Program-made: the position numbers and the translations under genes
The notes under the pieces: model-generated
The model's input: only the letters and a program-made list of their open reading frames with translations
Told to the model about the DNA's origin: nothing
Databases searched by the model: none
NCBI GenBank assembly: GCA_973895155.1
Contig: OZ316897.1
Coordinates: 13,329,375-13,393,374 of the forward strand
Direction: 5' to 3'
Source: Marsupella aquatica
Taxonomy: Eukaryota; Plantae; Marchantiophyta
Length of the DNA stretch: 64,000 nt
Part shown: positions 28,721-40,693 of the stretch, in pieces
Numbering within the stretch: the first letter of the stretch is position 1
Layout: each line of letters begins with the position of its first letter

Positions 28721-29217
28721 CTCCATACTAGCGCTGTGAGCATTCTCCTGCGCTAAAGGATTGACAGAGAAGGATTAGTCTCTCAGTGTTACGTCCGCAG
28801 CTACGTACAGGAGAGAAGCTAACTGTGGGGAGCCAATTTGCCAAATCTGCAGGAGAGATTGAGTCACTTTGTGGGTTGGGAGACACTGCATCATCTACTC
28901 AAAACAGTAATGAGAATCTTCTAATCCAACTTTGAGGACACATTCGTCTTAGTCTTGCTCTCAGTCCCACGTCTTAGCGATCTAGCAAGAGAAGCTGAAG
29001 GCGGAATGTCTCTAGCATCGTGGTAAGTGTGAGAGATTTCTGACTCAATGCATTGACCTTTCTCTGCTGACCTTTCGCATTGGAATTCCCTGGCACAATC
29101 CGATTTCATACATTCATTGATCACGTTAAACTGTGGATGAACAGATAAGTGATCAGGTTTGAGATATAGCGGAAAGCTTGTGTGGCCGCGAGTGGTTGCC
29201 ATTGTCGCTCCGTGATA

Positions 29218-30573
29218 ATGGAAATAGGGGAAGAAGAGGCGAGATCGATCACTTTACCGGAGCATTTAGAGTGTAGGATTTTTGCACTTGTGCCCTTCCC
29301 ATACATATTCAAGCTTCGGCTCCTGTCAAAATCATGGCTGGCCAGATTCCAGCCTGTTTCATCATCCCAACAGGAGGCGGAGGAGAAGTTACTCATAACC
29401 TCGTTTCAGAAGGAGGTGGTCGAGTTGTCGTCCAAAAACTGGAAAACCTTCGGCCCTATCTTTTTTCGCGAGGATGATTTTGTTGCCTACGACCGGGCAT
29501 CCGATCGTTGGCAGAAAATGCCATGGCTGTCGCTCCTACCTGAAAATCCATTCCGCAAGATCAGCTGGTGGCGCTTAGAAGGAGCTCTTTTGTTGTTTGA
29601 ATTGGAGGAAATGGATGATGGGATTCAGAAGAGGTTCTCCTTGCAAGTGAGCAACATTTTGAGCGGGTGCTGGAGGAAGCTGCCACCTCGATTTCTGGCA
29701 AACGATACGATTTCTTCTTCCTGGCCCTCCAGTTGGTTGATTCTCATGTCATCGCAAACGTACAAAGTGGTTATTTTCGATGATTACATGGCGAGTACCT
29801 CTAGAGACTCTTTTGCAGATGTGTATGACTCCAAGTCAGGAGCCTGGAAACACGTTGTTTACGAACCGGACTTATTGGACCCTCCTGCCCGCCCTTATTG
29901 GTGGAAGTCTAATTGGGCGCATTTGAATGGATTTCTGTACAGATTGATCCGCCAAGTAGGCGCCCAGATGCCGAAAGTTGAGTCCTTCAATGTCAAAGAA
30001 GAGATTTATGATTCGCTGGAAATGCCAGTCAGCGACGTGTTTAAAGATTCGGATGATGTCGGGTTGACGGTTTGCAATGGCTGTTTGCTGGCGCTTGAGT
30101 ATTTTGACGAAAGTGTGACTGTGCATAAGATTCACCTGGGGTCACCAAGATTCGAAGTAGTCACTCACGGTCCTCCTGCTTCTCTCAACTTCGGCATGCT
30201 CGATAAGCATTGTGCTTGTGACGGTGCTTGCTTATTCTTCGTGAAGGGGAGGTCCTTCTTGAAGTTTAGCCTTGTACAGGCCTTATTCGACATGACACCT
30301 TATCCAGACTTAGATCCATTCCACAGAGTGCTATCGTACAACATGCTTCAGGGTGAATGGAGTGATATCCCTATGCCTTCGTGTGTCCGTCACTCTTACA
30401 ATGGGCGAAGCAGGATTCTCAGCTATTCTCGTCAGACTTTTGATCCTAGATACTCACTTGTACCTCGTCATAATGTCACCTGCAGAGACTACCCTTTTGA
30501 GATTCGACCGGACAAATATGAATGGGCATCTTCTTCCTTTCAGCCTGGCTTGAATCCCTTCGTGGTAGTTTGA
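29218..30573 (+). CDS. Intronless F-box protein (~451 aa) with a kelch/FBA-like C-terminal region
   Basis: The ATG at 29218 is followed by the F-box motif LPEHLECRIFALVPFPYIFKLRLLSKSW. Beta-propeller-like segments include VYDSKSGAW and YNMLQGEW, and the protein ends FQPGLNPFVVV*. Confidence 0.85.
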   Translation: MEIGEEEARSITLPEHLECRIFALVPFPYIFKLRLLSKSWLARFQPVSSSQQEAEEKLLITSFQKEVVELSSKNWKTFGPIFFREDDFVAYDRASDRWQKMPWLSLLPENPFRKISWWRLEGALLLFELEEMDDGIQKRFSLQVSNILSGCWRKLPPRFLANDTISSSWPSSWLILMSSQTYKVVIFDDYMASTSRDSFADVYDSKSGAWKHVVYEPDLLDPPARPYWWKSNWAHLNGFLYRLIRQVGAQMPKVESFNVKEEIYDSLEMPVSDVFKDSDDVGLTVCNGCLLALEYFDESVTVHKIHLGSPRFEVVTHGPPASLNFGMLDKHCACDGACLFFVKGRSFLKFSLVQALFDMTPYPDLDPFHRVLSYNMLQGEWSDIPMPSCVRHSYNGRSRILSYSRQTFDPRYSLVPRHNVTCRDYPFEIRPDKYEWASSSFQPGLNPFVVV

Positions 30574-31328
30574 GTTTGGGATCAATCAGGTCATTCCTGG
30601 CGACAATTTTGTCCAGTACGCCTGGGCCGAACCAGCACAAACACCTGTCTAAGTTTTTCATGTCTGGGTGAGCTGACATACACTAAGACAATTTACAACA
30701 CCTGTCGTTAACATGAAGGAGATCCATAGAGTTGTATAGAACCAAGGTACACAATTTTGTCCTGGTAGCGGGTTTATTTGATCAATTGTCATTGCCTCAT
30801 TTCCCTGCAATGTAAATCTGGTTTTTCTTTGAAGACTGAGGAATTATTCGAGATTTCTTAGCAAGGTTACTGAATTCTCGTATTTGAAGCTGAAAGATAC
30901 AATTACTGTGGAACTGAACTACCCGTTTCATTTATATGATTGATCTCATTCACATAAGCTTGAAGAGACGTGACGTGCGTCAATAAATGAAAGTGCATCT
31001 CGCTGGATTTTTTTGCAAGCTGGTGTAAAATAGGGCACGACTGTGCTGGATGAGATTCCGGATTATCAATCCACCGTTTTTTGGTTTAGCTAGTCCAATA
31101 ATCGTGTTTGCCACGATTGTCATTGTGTCTAGGTTGTCGTTATAGCCAGTTTGATTGGCCAATAAACCTCCCGACACGCCCTCTGTCCAAGTTCAGCGTT
31201 GCCCTCTGCACCTCACCTCGACATCCATGCCTCGACCTAGTTGCATGGCATTGGGCTCGTTTGTAATATAGAAGGCTCTCTTCAGCAAGACGACGTGTGC
31301 AATAACTTCTATGGTTTGAATGAAATAT

Positions 31329-34300
31329 CTACTTGATATAAACTATAGTACACCCAGCATTTGTTATGCTCTCTCCCTCGAATTTGGCGACATATGGATG
31401 CTGTCGAAGAGTTTGGAGCACAGCTTCCTTTACAGCGCCAGTCCCAACACCGTGGACAACAAATAGTACTGACAGGGGACTTTTAGATGCCAGGGCTGTA
31501 TTTAGCTCCCGGATTGCATCCTCAACCCTCATTCCCCTCAGGTCCAGAGTATTTTTAGAAGTTTGCACAGCAACCTGATATTTCGGCTCTGGGCTGTCCA
31601 CTTCACTCGTCTGGCTTTTGGTGGGCCTCCTCGCTTTGTAGGACGTCTGCAACCGTTGGCCCCACGGCAATAGGGTTCATCAGTCAAACCATAATCAACA
31701 AGGCCAGAACATTTCGTCTATATTCAGTAGTCTGAATCTGCAGCTTGATAGTATTTTTTGACTTGCAAGGAGAAGTGAACAGATAACAGGTGCAGCCAAA
31801 GCAAAGTATCTCGCTCCATGGTCATCTAACATGTGCATCTTCCAGGGATAAACCCCGGTAAAGACAGTAAGTTTGTACTTTGTATTTTCTACTGACGATA
31901 ACACGAAAAAACCCTAAACCCAGGGTTCCAACTAACCTCGTCTATCTGATAATGTGCTACCTTCAGGTTGTTTGTGTGTCAGTGCAGTAGATGCAAAGAA
32001 CTCATTTAGAACCAATCTCCAGGATGTTTAGTTCATTTAAGTACCAACAAGTAGGTAGTACCTTATCAAGTTTCGCTGGCGTAGGATCAGACCCCGATCC
32101 AAATCTAGATCTTGGGATCTTGACCACCTCAGTTGGCTTCACCTGCATTTTCAAGGTCCCTAGTTGTACTGTCAGAAAGTCTGAATCCTTTAGTGGTAGC
32201 TCCATAATGGTCACTGGGGATTTTCCTAGTTTTCTCACGAGCACCTTCTCACCAACAGCAAATGGTTCTGGTCCGGAGTTCTGTTCATCCAGGCTTCCTT
32301 TCTCTCTTGAAAATAGCTCCAGAATGGTCGTACTGTCCTGTTTCAGCTTGTATTCCTCCACAATACCAGATATCTCGGCGTGTACTTCTCGCACGGAAGG
32401 TACACTATTACCTTCTTTTGCCATCGCTTCTTCAAACCTCTCAATCACTTTTTCTATTCTTAGCCTTGCGCTTTCTGTGTCACTTTGAACAGCACGCTCC
32501 TCCGACTTCTTGCGTGAAGCTTCCCGCTTAGGTAAACCATCTGTTGCAGCCTTTAACTGCAGAAAGCATCAAGGCCAAATATGAAATCTTGCATTACAAC
32601 TTCAGATTGATACAAGCACATATAGACAGGCAATGAACCGAGGTGATGGCCACTTTTCTCAACATCCCAAATTTTCGGTCGTCTAGCAGAGTGAACGTTG
32701 TGAATGGAAAAGAGATCTCACAAAAGAACCATATGCAATGTAAATCTGAGTTTCCTTTTCATTGAGGGTCCTCAGAGTTTGCTACAGAATTTGTAAGTTG
32801 TTCACATTGCTGGAGGAACATCCTGCACATTTGGATCCCGTAAACACTCTGAAGAGCACATACAACACGAGAATTCCAAGTAGAGAGCCCATATGAAAAC
32901 TGACCTCTTGGTGCAAATTGCGAGCCTTGGAGAGAACTTCACCAGCAGATTTAGATCGTTCAAGCATCTCATCACGTTGCTTTAGGAGGGGCACTAAAAC
33001 CTCAGCTGTTCGAGCATCGAGCTGAGAAGGTCGCAATGTGCCCACCAACTCTCTCGCACGAGTCAAGATGTCATTATCGAATCCCAGGGATGCAGCAATG
33101 TCCAAAGCATTTGACTGCCCCGCTACTCCCCAGAGGACTCGATATGTGGGCTTCAAAGTCACTAGGTCGAACTCAACAGATGCATTTTCAAATCTCGGGT
33201 CCTGATCTCTGAGAGATTTGAGCTCTGCACTGTGTGTTGTTGCGATAGTTAGCCAAACTTTTGATGCGAGGTATCGCAGTACTGCAATAGCTAAAGCTGC
33301 ACCCTCAGATGGATCAGTACCACCTCCAATCTCATCGAGAAGGATAAACGACTGATCAGTGCAAAGATCCAAAATTGAAGCGAGGCGTCGCACGTGGCCA
33401 CTGAATGTCGACAGGCTTTGTTCTAGTGACTGGTTTCAAAAATCAAAGTAGATCAATGTATCAGTTTTCTGGCAAAAGAAAAAGGAGGATAACATGGTCC
33501 CGTGGTCTGTGAGGATCACACGACAGAAATCGGAGTATACACAAGCGTGAGTAGATCAAGTAAAGCCATAAGAAAAGTATTACCTGTGAATCGCCTATGT
33601 CAGCTAACACCATGTCAAACCAAGGGAGTTTCGGCTGCCCCACAGCTGGAAGGAATAAGCCAGCCTTTGCCATGATGGCAGCTACCCCACAAGCCTTCAA
33701 TGTTGCCGTCTTTCCACCAGTATTGGGCCCAGTTATTGTGACCACTCTAACATGTGCCTTCACCTTGATGTCGATAGGTACGGGCAGCTTCCGAGTTTCA
33801 GGGAGATCCGAACTGTTGGCTACCTTAGACTCAGAACGGTCAATTTGGGTCGAAGCAGAAGATTGCACAATTCCATACCTCTGAGATACAGCCAGGATGG
33901 GAAGCACAGACCCAAGTAAAAGAGGATGCCGCATGCCTACAATATCAAGTAACAACGGATTATAGTCTTCAGCCTGAGTGAGAATTCCGGAAGGTTGATC
34001 CTGTTCACAACCCATTGAAAGGGATTGAGATTCCATTCTATTATTAAACGAAGGGCAAACAGACCCCAGCCACCGTGCATGAGAGGCCCGTGCACAAGCA
34101 AGGTCTAGCACTGTAACACGTCCCAGCAAATCCATTATTTTGTCAGCTTTATCCACCAGTTTCAACGTCAAGCTTTTGAGCACGGCTATTTCTTCGGCTC
34201 TTTCTGCTCCAGCAAGGCGAGTTTCCTCGTTGTTAAGCCTCAGTGCAGGTTCAGGTTCCATGAAGGATGTAGTCCCCGTGTTGCTGACATCCAAGACAAT

Positions 34301-35446
34301 TCCCCCAGGTAGCAACGATTTGTGAGAGGATCTAACAGCAATACAGAGACGACTGCGTCGCCGAGTAACTACCACCGAATCCATACCACCCTGTTGGACA
34401 ACCCAAGCTGCCGTTTGCTTCAGTAATACCTCGAGAGCCTTCATGTTCTCCTGTCTGCTTTGCCTTGCCGAAGCTAAGCCCGGGCTGGCCCTGTCAAGGA
34501 CTGTACTACGTGTACAATCTAAGCAATCATTAATATCTGATACCAAATCGGAGCACAAGTCACTGTCAAACAGGAGAGCTTGTAATGATGACTGCTTTGA
34601 AACCTTCAAGGACAAGGAATCTGAGTTTGCACCATTACGATCACACAACTGATCATAGACAGACTGAATCCCAATCAAAGTATTTTTTACGCTGCAGAGC
34701 TCATTAATGTCACACACACTCCCTGACATTGCCTCTGCAAGAAGACTTTGAAGGTCTTCAATGCCAGAAAAATTAAGCGGCTCAGAAAGAGCAAGTGCAT
34801 CAGCAGTTTGATCGAGTAATCCCTCGCTTTGCGCCTTATTATCCCCGATGGTCAAGTTTCCCTCTTCCGATACTGAGATTCCCATGGGAGTACATGCGTA
34901 TTGGGCAACTTGGGCACATATTGCAGGCCACTCAAACAAATTCAACGTCTCTTGTTTGACAATCTCAAGATCAACCTCCGAATCAGAGTCATCAGAGTCC
35001 TCCATTTCGGTATCTTCTCCTGAATCTGGTGATAGTACGAAGGCCTCTCTTTGATGCACAAAACTCCTGGGGAGAATTACAGGAGGATACGAACAACGTT
35101 CATGCCTACTTTTCATCCAAAAAAACAGATCTTCAGAAAAGTCAGGAATGACAGGACAACCATGATTTCTAGATGAAGCGAAAGCCATATTTGACGTATC
35201 TCTTCCCAAATACTGTTGTGCACCCCTCCTGGTGTTGCTGCAGCAAAGTTGTACTCGGTGAGAGATGCAAGAGTAGCTCAATCTTTTTGCCTGTGACATG
35301 ACTAGATAACGCCGAAAATACATAGAGTTCCATTTTGGATTAACCTTCTCTTGATCCTTAAAAACCCCAGCTGCTACAGTGGAAGGTAAGACTACCGTCA
35401 TTGCAAATACTCTGGGAACAGGCAAGGCTGCCGGAATTCCTCCCAT
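31329..35446 (-). CDS. MUTS2: MutS2 (cyanobacterial-type, Smr endonuclease domain), probably plastid-targeted, 4 exons, up to ~1066 aa
   Basis: Exons 35446-33584, 33429-32905, 32556-32062 and 31646-31329 (GT-AG, all phase 0). Motifs: ETLNLFEW..C N-terminal motif, Walker A ITGPNTGGKTATLK, DIGDSQ|SLEQSLSTFSGH, LLDEIGGGTDPSEG, TTHSAELK, GQSNALDIA, KOW-like FAVGEKVLVRKLG and Smr LDLRGMRVEDA..VVHGVGTGAVK. The exact start Met is uncertain. Confidence 0.95.
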
Positions 35447-35487
35447 ACGAATCGAGAGTGGAAAGAAAATGTGTCTACGTGCATAAG

Positions 35488-36391
35488 CTACTTGAGGACG
35501 ACAGCTGCATTGCGTAGTGCAAGGAAACCCTGGATATATTCATCAGGAAGAGATCGAATTCTCTTGAAAACTTCAGGATTGGCGTAGCGCAGCTTTGTTC
35601 TTGGATCAGTATAAGGAGCCTGCACACAAAGTATGTTACAATCCGCTTAATTTCTCAAAGGCAGATCAAGAAACCACCTAGCAAAGCAGCTGCGAAACGT
35701 GAGCTCCCCAAAATAGGGAAAAAAAAACTAACACTACAATGGCACTTGAGCGAAATGCAAGCTGTGAAGGAGAGAAGTGTGTGTGTGGCGGGTGACGTAC
35801 CTCAAACCCAGTGACATCACAGTACCTCTTTGCCGGGTACATTGAAGGTGGTGCTTCAATGCTGATATCTGTTATCGCGCCAAAAGAACGTTTAGAGTGA
35901 GGAATAAGAAGCAGAAATAAAGGTTGACCATCCCTTGCTCTCTAGAGAATATTATTAAGTGAGGCAATACTTAAATATTACACATGCATCAACAGAAAGC
36001 TTAGTTTCTCACGACGAAGGGCAAGTGCAGAACATACAGGTTGGCTCGCCGGGAGGATACAGGAGGTAATTCTCAGCCTGAATTATTTGTTTCAAATGCT
36101 TCCAATGCCGACCTCGACTGTGACCCTTGGGATAACGATCTGACAACTGTGAACGCTTGAATGGCAGCACAGATGGCAAGATTAAGTCCGAGCCCACGAG
36201 CTCCTGTGCCGCGACTGCATTATCTTTCCGAGAATCTGGACTGCCTTTCTGCAAATTAGCACAAGAGTCGTGTTATCATCCCTCGAATCAATATTCTCAT
36301 CGATTTTAAGAGCAAATAAAACCTGCAAGAATTTTATACATCGATAGGGGCCCTCTAAAATACACAAGTGTACATGGTAGAGTTCGGCCAT
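35488..36391 (-). CDS. IES6: INO80 complex subunit C / Ies6 (YL1-C domain), 4 exons, ~142 aa
   Basis: Exons 36391-36374 (MAELYH; an alternative in-frame donor lies at 36323), 36248-36038, 35868-35801 and 35619-35488. Translation: ..[107 protein letters not shown], which matches plant Ies6. Exon 1 is inferred. Confidence 0.92.
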
Positions 36392-36441
36392 CGAGGGGGA
36401 CGATGAAGAGAAACCACTGCAGAATGGTCAAGTCACTACGG

Positions 36442-36450
36442 AAACCCTAA
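36442..36450. promoter_or_regulatory. Telo-box (AAACCCTAA) in the IES6 5' region
   Basis: The exact motif lies ~50 bp upstream of the IES6 ATG. Telo-boxes are typical of plant housekeeping and proliferation genes. Confidence 0.4.
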
Positions 36451-37109
36451 ATCAAACACGCGAAATTAGTTCATGCACCCCTGACTACTGCCAACGCTTC
36501 CTGGTGACCTGCTTTGCAACTTCGAAAAAATCTTGTTGAACATTTTCCTCTAATTGGACAACCCAGAAAAGTGACCCCACCACAAATTCCACCCATCCAC
36601 AGCAACAGCAGCAGCTCAATCGGATTCCAATGAATAGCCTACCACTGACCAGACCACTAGGCTTAATTTTACTCGATCGAGCTCTGCACCCCGTCTCTCT
36701 TCTCTCTCTCTTTCAATCAATCTCTCAACTCGATCGGGCCACGACTCTACGATCAATTACCCGGCTTGTTGCTTTTTTTGTCCGAGAATCCCTTTCAGTC
36801 CGTCTCAAATCCGTCCAATTTCTCTTATTGACTCCGGATTGTTTTTCTCCATCGCTCAGTCTGTTCATGATTTGACCGATTTCGCTGGTATGATGGACTA
36901 AGTAAGAGCTGGGGCGTGATCCTGCCTCCGGATTCTTGGAGATTCGTGGACTACAAAATACTCTAATGTCGATCACCACTGTTTGTTGCTTTCGGTTTCT
37001 CCCACGACCTACTTGTAGCACGCTTCAATGTGTGGTGCCGAGTGTTCGATCCTGCCCTCCATCTTTCAGTCCACCACTCTAGGGCAATTAAATAACAAGC
37101 GCCGTGGCC

Positions 37110-37274
37110 CTCTTCCAGCTTGTTGCGATCTGTGGATTGTGTACAGAGTAATGGAGGTCTGGTCCTGGGTTCTTGCTAGCCTTTCACCAGCGCTCTTCCC
37201 GCTTGTTGCGATCTGTGGATTGAGTACAGAATTAATGGAGGTCTGGTCCTGGCTTACTGCTAGCCTTTCACCAG
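37110..37274. repeat. ~83-bp tandem duplication
   Basis: ctcttcc.gcttgttgcgatctgtggattg.gtacaga..taatggaggtctggtcctgg....tgctagcctttcaccag occurs twice. Confidence 0.85.
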
Positions 37275-37427
37275 AAAATGACGAACACCTCATCCGAAAG
37301 TTCTGAGCTTTCTTGGAGAGAGTTGCGGCTACAACCCCTGCCCGGACCTCCATAACAAGGGGTCTCAAAATTGGACCAGGAGGCCCATATGGGCTACCCA
37401 GTAATGCCCCCAAACTAAGGGACGTCC

Positions 37428-37532
37428 GCCAAAAGTGTGGGGACATCAAAAGTGTGGGGACATCCAAAACTGTGGTGCGGACATCCAAAACTGTGGTGCA
37501 TCCAAAACTGTGGTGTGGACATCCAAAACTGT
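37428..37532. repeat. 17-21-bp minisatellite
   Basis: Five to six copies of GGACATCCAAAACTGTGGTG. Confidence 0.85.
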
Positions 37533-38312
37533 AGTCGTCACACTTCCAGCCCTTGTGCGACAAAGTTGTACCGTGACCATTTTGGCTCAGTGCTTATTCC
37601 CAAACATGTCGCAGAGCAAAGAGAGAAGACACTTGTAGGCTTAATCAATCGGACGCAGACGGTTTCAAATATTTGAATTTAATTGTAATAACTTCCTGTT
37701 TATACATTAAAATATTGTTTTAGTTTTAAAGATGTGCTAGTCAGAGAAGTGATAAGGCGCACTTTCATCAAAGTGAGAGTGAATTTTTGGCCATTTTGGT
37801 GCACTTATTCATCAGGGAATGCAGAGGGATTATTACATTAATCTTCATTGTGTTAATATGAAATATTAGGGCTTGGGTTTTTGTATATCTCCTCCTTCTC
37901 TGGTTGTCTTGTAGGTGGGCTTTTTTTAATTATTTTGTTATAAGCCCAAATTCCCATGGACCACCAAAATGTGATTCACGGGAGCAAGTTGTCCAACATG
38001 GAGGTCTATCCAGGCTTCATGTGGAAACATCATTGGAAAATATAAACCTTTTCCATATATTTTCTGGGAATTTTTGAAAAAAAGCTGGCTCGTACAAACT
38101 ACTAGTCCAAACAAAAAAAAATTCAATTCAGTCTATGAAATGCCCATGACTAAAACTGGTAGTTTCCAGAGTATTTTCTTTTGGCTTCTATGTTGCAACT
38201 AAGCTTATTTATGGCTCAACAGGCCTAAGTGTACTATCCAACCAATGTTAAATGTGTTTGGCATGTTTGTATCCTAAGAAATCCTATATTACTGTATTTG
38301 ATGTGTTTTTTT

Positions 38313-38540
38313 GCACAACCTCTGACACAAGAAGTGGCGATGGCAGCAAGAGAAGCCCTTCGGACAATTCATATTCCTGGCATGATTCATGGAGATACAC
38401 ATGACAAGAACATTCTCGTTGCAGGAAGTGGCGTTGGATTTATTGATTTTGGGTTTGCATGGTCCAGCACAAGCACCACAAAATGCCTCAGAGAGCCTGA
38501 GCGACTGGAACTAAGACATCATCTTGAAGAATACAAGAAC
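38313..38540 (+). pseudogene. Isolated C-lobe fragment of a protein-kinase-like gene
   Basis: QPLTQEVAMAAREALRTIHIPGMIHGDTHDKNILVAGSGVGFIDFGFA..KCLRE carries the catalytic loop HGDxxxxN and the DFG motif. There is no N-lobe or convincing start. Confidence 0.6.
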
Positions 38541-38639
38541 ATGAATTGGAGTATTTTAGATAAAGATACTCGTTCTAGATTAGTTTCCTACCCTAGCTGT
38601 GGTTTCCCTTCTTTCCTTAATCTCTCAGGGGCCTTAATC

Positions 38640-38935
38640 CAAAGGGTGTCTCATATCATGCACAAAGTTTTGGGGAATAAACACCCTAAAAGTTAAATCA
38701 ATAAATTGTTTTTTAGAAATTTTTGTACCCCTAACCTAATGGAGTATTTCAAGAATATTCCCAAATTTGATTTTAAAAAAACCTATGATTCTTATAATTC
38801 TCAAAATTGGATTAAAATAACTCTAATTTATTTCAATAAAAATTTAAAAGTATTTCACTTAATCCAATAAAAAACTTATATACTTATTCGCATGTGATAA
38901 GTTGGAAGAAAAGAAATGAGGACAGCGGGCTTAAC
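38640..38935. repeat. AT-rich ~300-bp dispersed repeat (MITE-like), copy 2
   Basis: Direct homologue of 26325-26643. Confidence 0.7.
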
Positions 38936-40693
38936 CTTCCTTTTGTGTCGGTATACATGCCTCAAGCTATGTAGAGGTAGAGTAGACATTACAATGGTTT
39001 CAGTATTGATAGAAAAGTTTCAAAGTTGAATTCAACTCTTTCCAGGAGTGCCTTGCTATTCAATGTTTTTGTGGTTCCCAAAAGTTTCTCGTAGTAAAAG
39101 CCTTCCAAGATGCAGACAAGAATTTTTGTAGAAGTTTTGGAGGATGACTGTCTTTGTGAATGGAATTTAAAAAGATCTTTCAAGGCAAACAAAAAAAAAT
39201 ATGGGACAAGAAGCACTGGTTTTTTTCAATTTGCATGCGATTGTGCAGTGGACTGGGGAGGACCTTTCATTTGCCTGTTGCAAACAGTGAACCCCCGAAC
39301 AAGTTTTCTCCGATGTGGATGCTCAAACCAACTGTATGCAACGCACTGTTCGTCTCTGCTTATTCAACTGACGATAAAAAAGGGAAGTTATGTAAACAAG
39401 AGAGCTCTAGAAGTGGAGACATTCAACGTAGATAAGCGGTATGATTGTGCTGGCTGTTTTTCCCTTTGTTTTTGGTTGCTTCCTCGAATGAGTTGGCGTT
39501 TGTATCACGACATAGGAAATAAGGTGATTGAGCCGACTTGGCACTGATGGAACCATGGTTTTGTGGCTCTCTTAAACTTTCAGAATGGAGGTCCAGTGTC
39601 CTGACTAGAGAATTATTATACACGAAGAAAATGTCTTCCCTGCAGTGGAACAGACCTGACAGTTTCTCTCTGAGATTCTGCAACGTGGACGTTCTGCAAA
39701 GTGTCGTAGTGTTAAACCTGGAAATTTCAACAAGTATGGGACATGATTATGATTTGTGTAACCACTTCTCAATTGACAGAATTACACACGTCACAGTGGA
39801 GTAAGATGTGGATAGAACAATGCAGAGTTTGGATATTTTGCAATCCTTTAGCTACTTCTGAAGTTGAGTTAAGTGTTGCACAATTGTAGGATGTATGTGA
39901 TCTAGACAATTCTTCTGAGAACAGTGCTCCACCAGATTTTTCAATGACAGTAACCCTTCTGAACTTTCTCGAAAATTATAAGACTGTTTTTCTCTTGGAT
40001 TCCTGCGAAACCATTCACGGCAAGCTTGCTTTGTTCTAGTTCGGGAAGCAACCAAAACATTTGTAATAAATGTAAATGGTGAAAATTGGTGCAAATCCAC
40101 AATTCACAGTCAAATCATGTTTCTCTCTCTTTCGGAAATCTCGCCTCTGCACATCTTCACCTTTCAGAGCCATCTCTGCATTTCTGATACCCTTGCGCTT
40201 GCTAGGAATCAGGTCATGCGAGCCCAAACTAACCTGATGGCCTGACAGTGCACTTGACATAGAGTACATGTACTGTACAATGTACTCCTGGCGATAACTG
40301 GCGGCCCAGTCACTGGGTGTCTCCTCTAGTCGCTGGGATCCAACATCTCCAGCGCCAGCCTGCTCTCTTTCCTCGCAATGTAATCCTCATGTTGGCAGGT
40401 CATGCCCATAACGGTACCAAAGCTGCCTTTTCCGATATCTTTAGGCCGTCTGGATTCTCTGAGTTTTCCTTCAAAGGAAGACTTTTCACACTGGGTGACC
40501 TCGAAATTGGACCTCCTTCAATCTAGATTTTGTTTCCCTAATCTAGGCCCTTTGTTCATCTATCCCATTTGTTGGGAACTCCTAACCTCGTCCAGTGATA
40601 CCAAGTAGTCAGCCTCACGTTTCTAGAATTTCATTATGACCTATGCGAAGGCTTCAATAGATCCGAAAGGATTCACTTTACAATAATATGTAT

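Noticed and set aside
39000-40600. Possible decayed gene between the kinase fragment and CPBP
   Set aside because: Patchy coding-like composition, but no recognisable motif or consistent frame.
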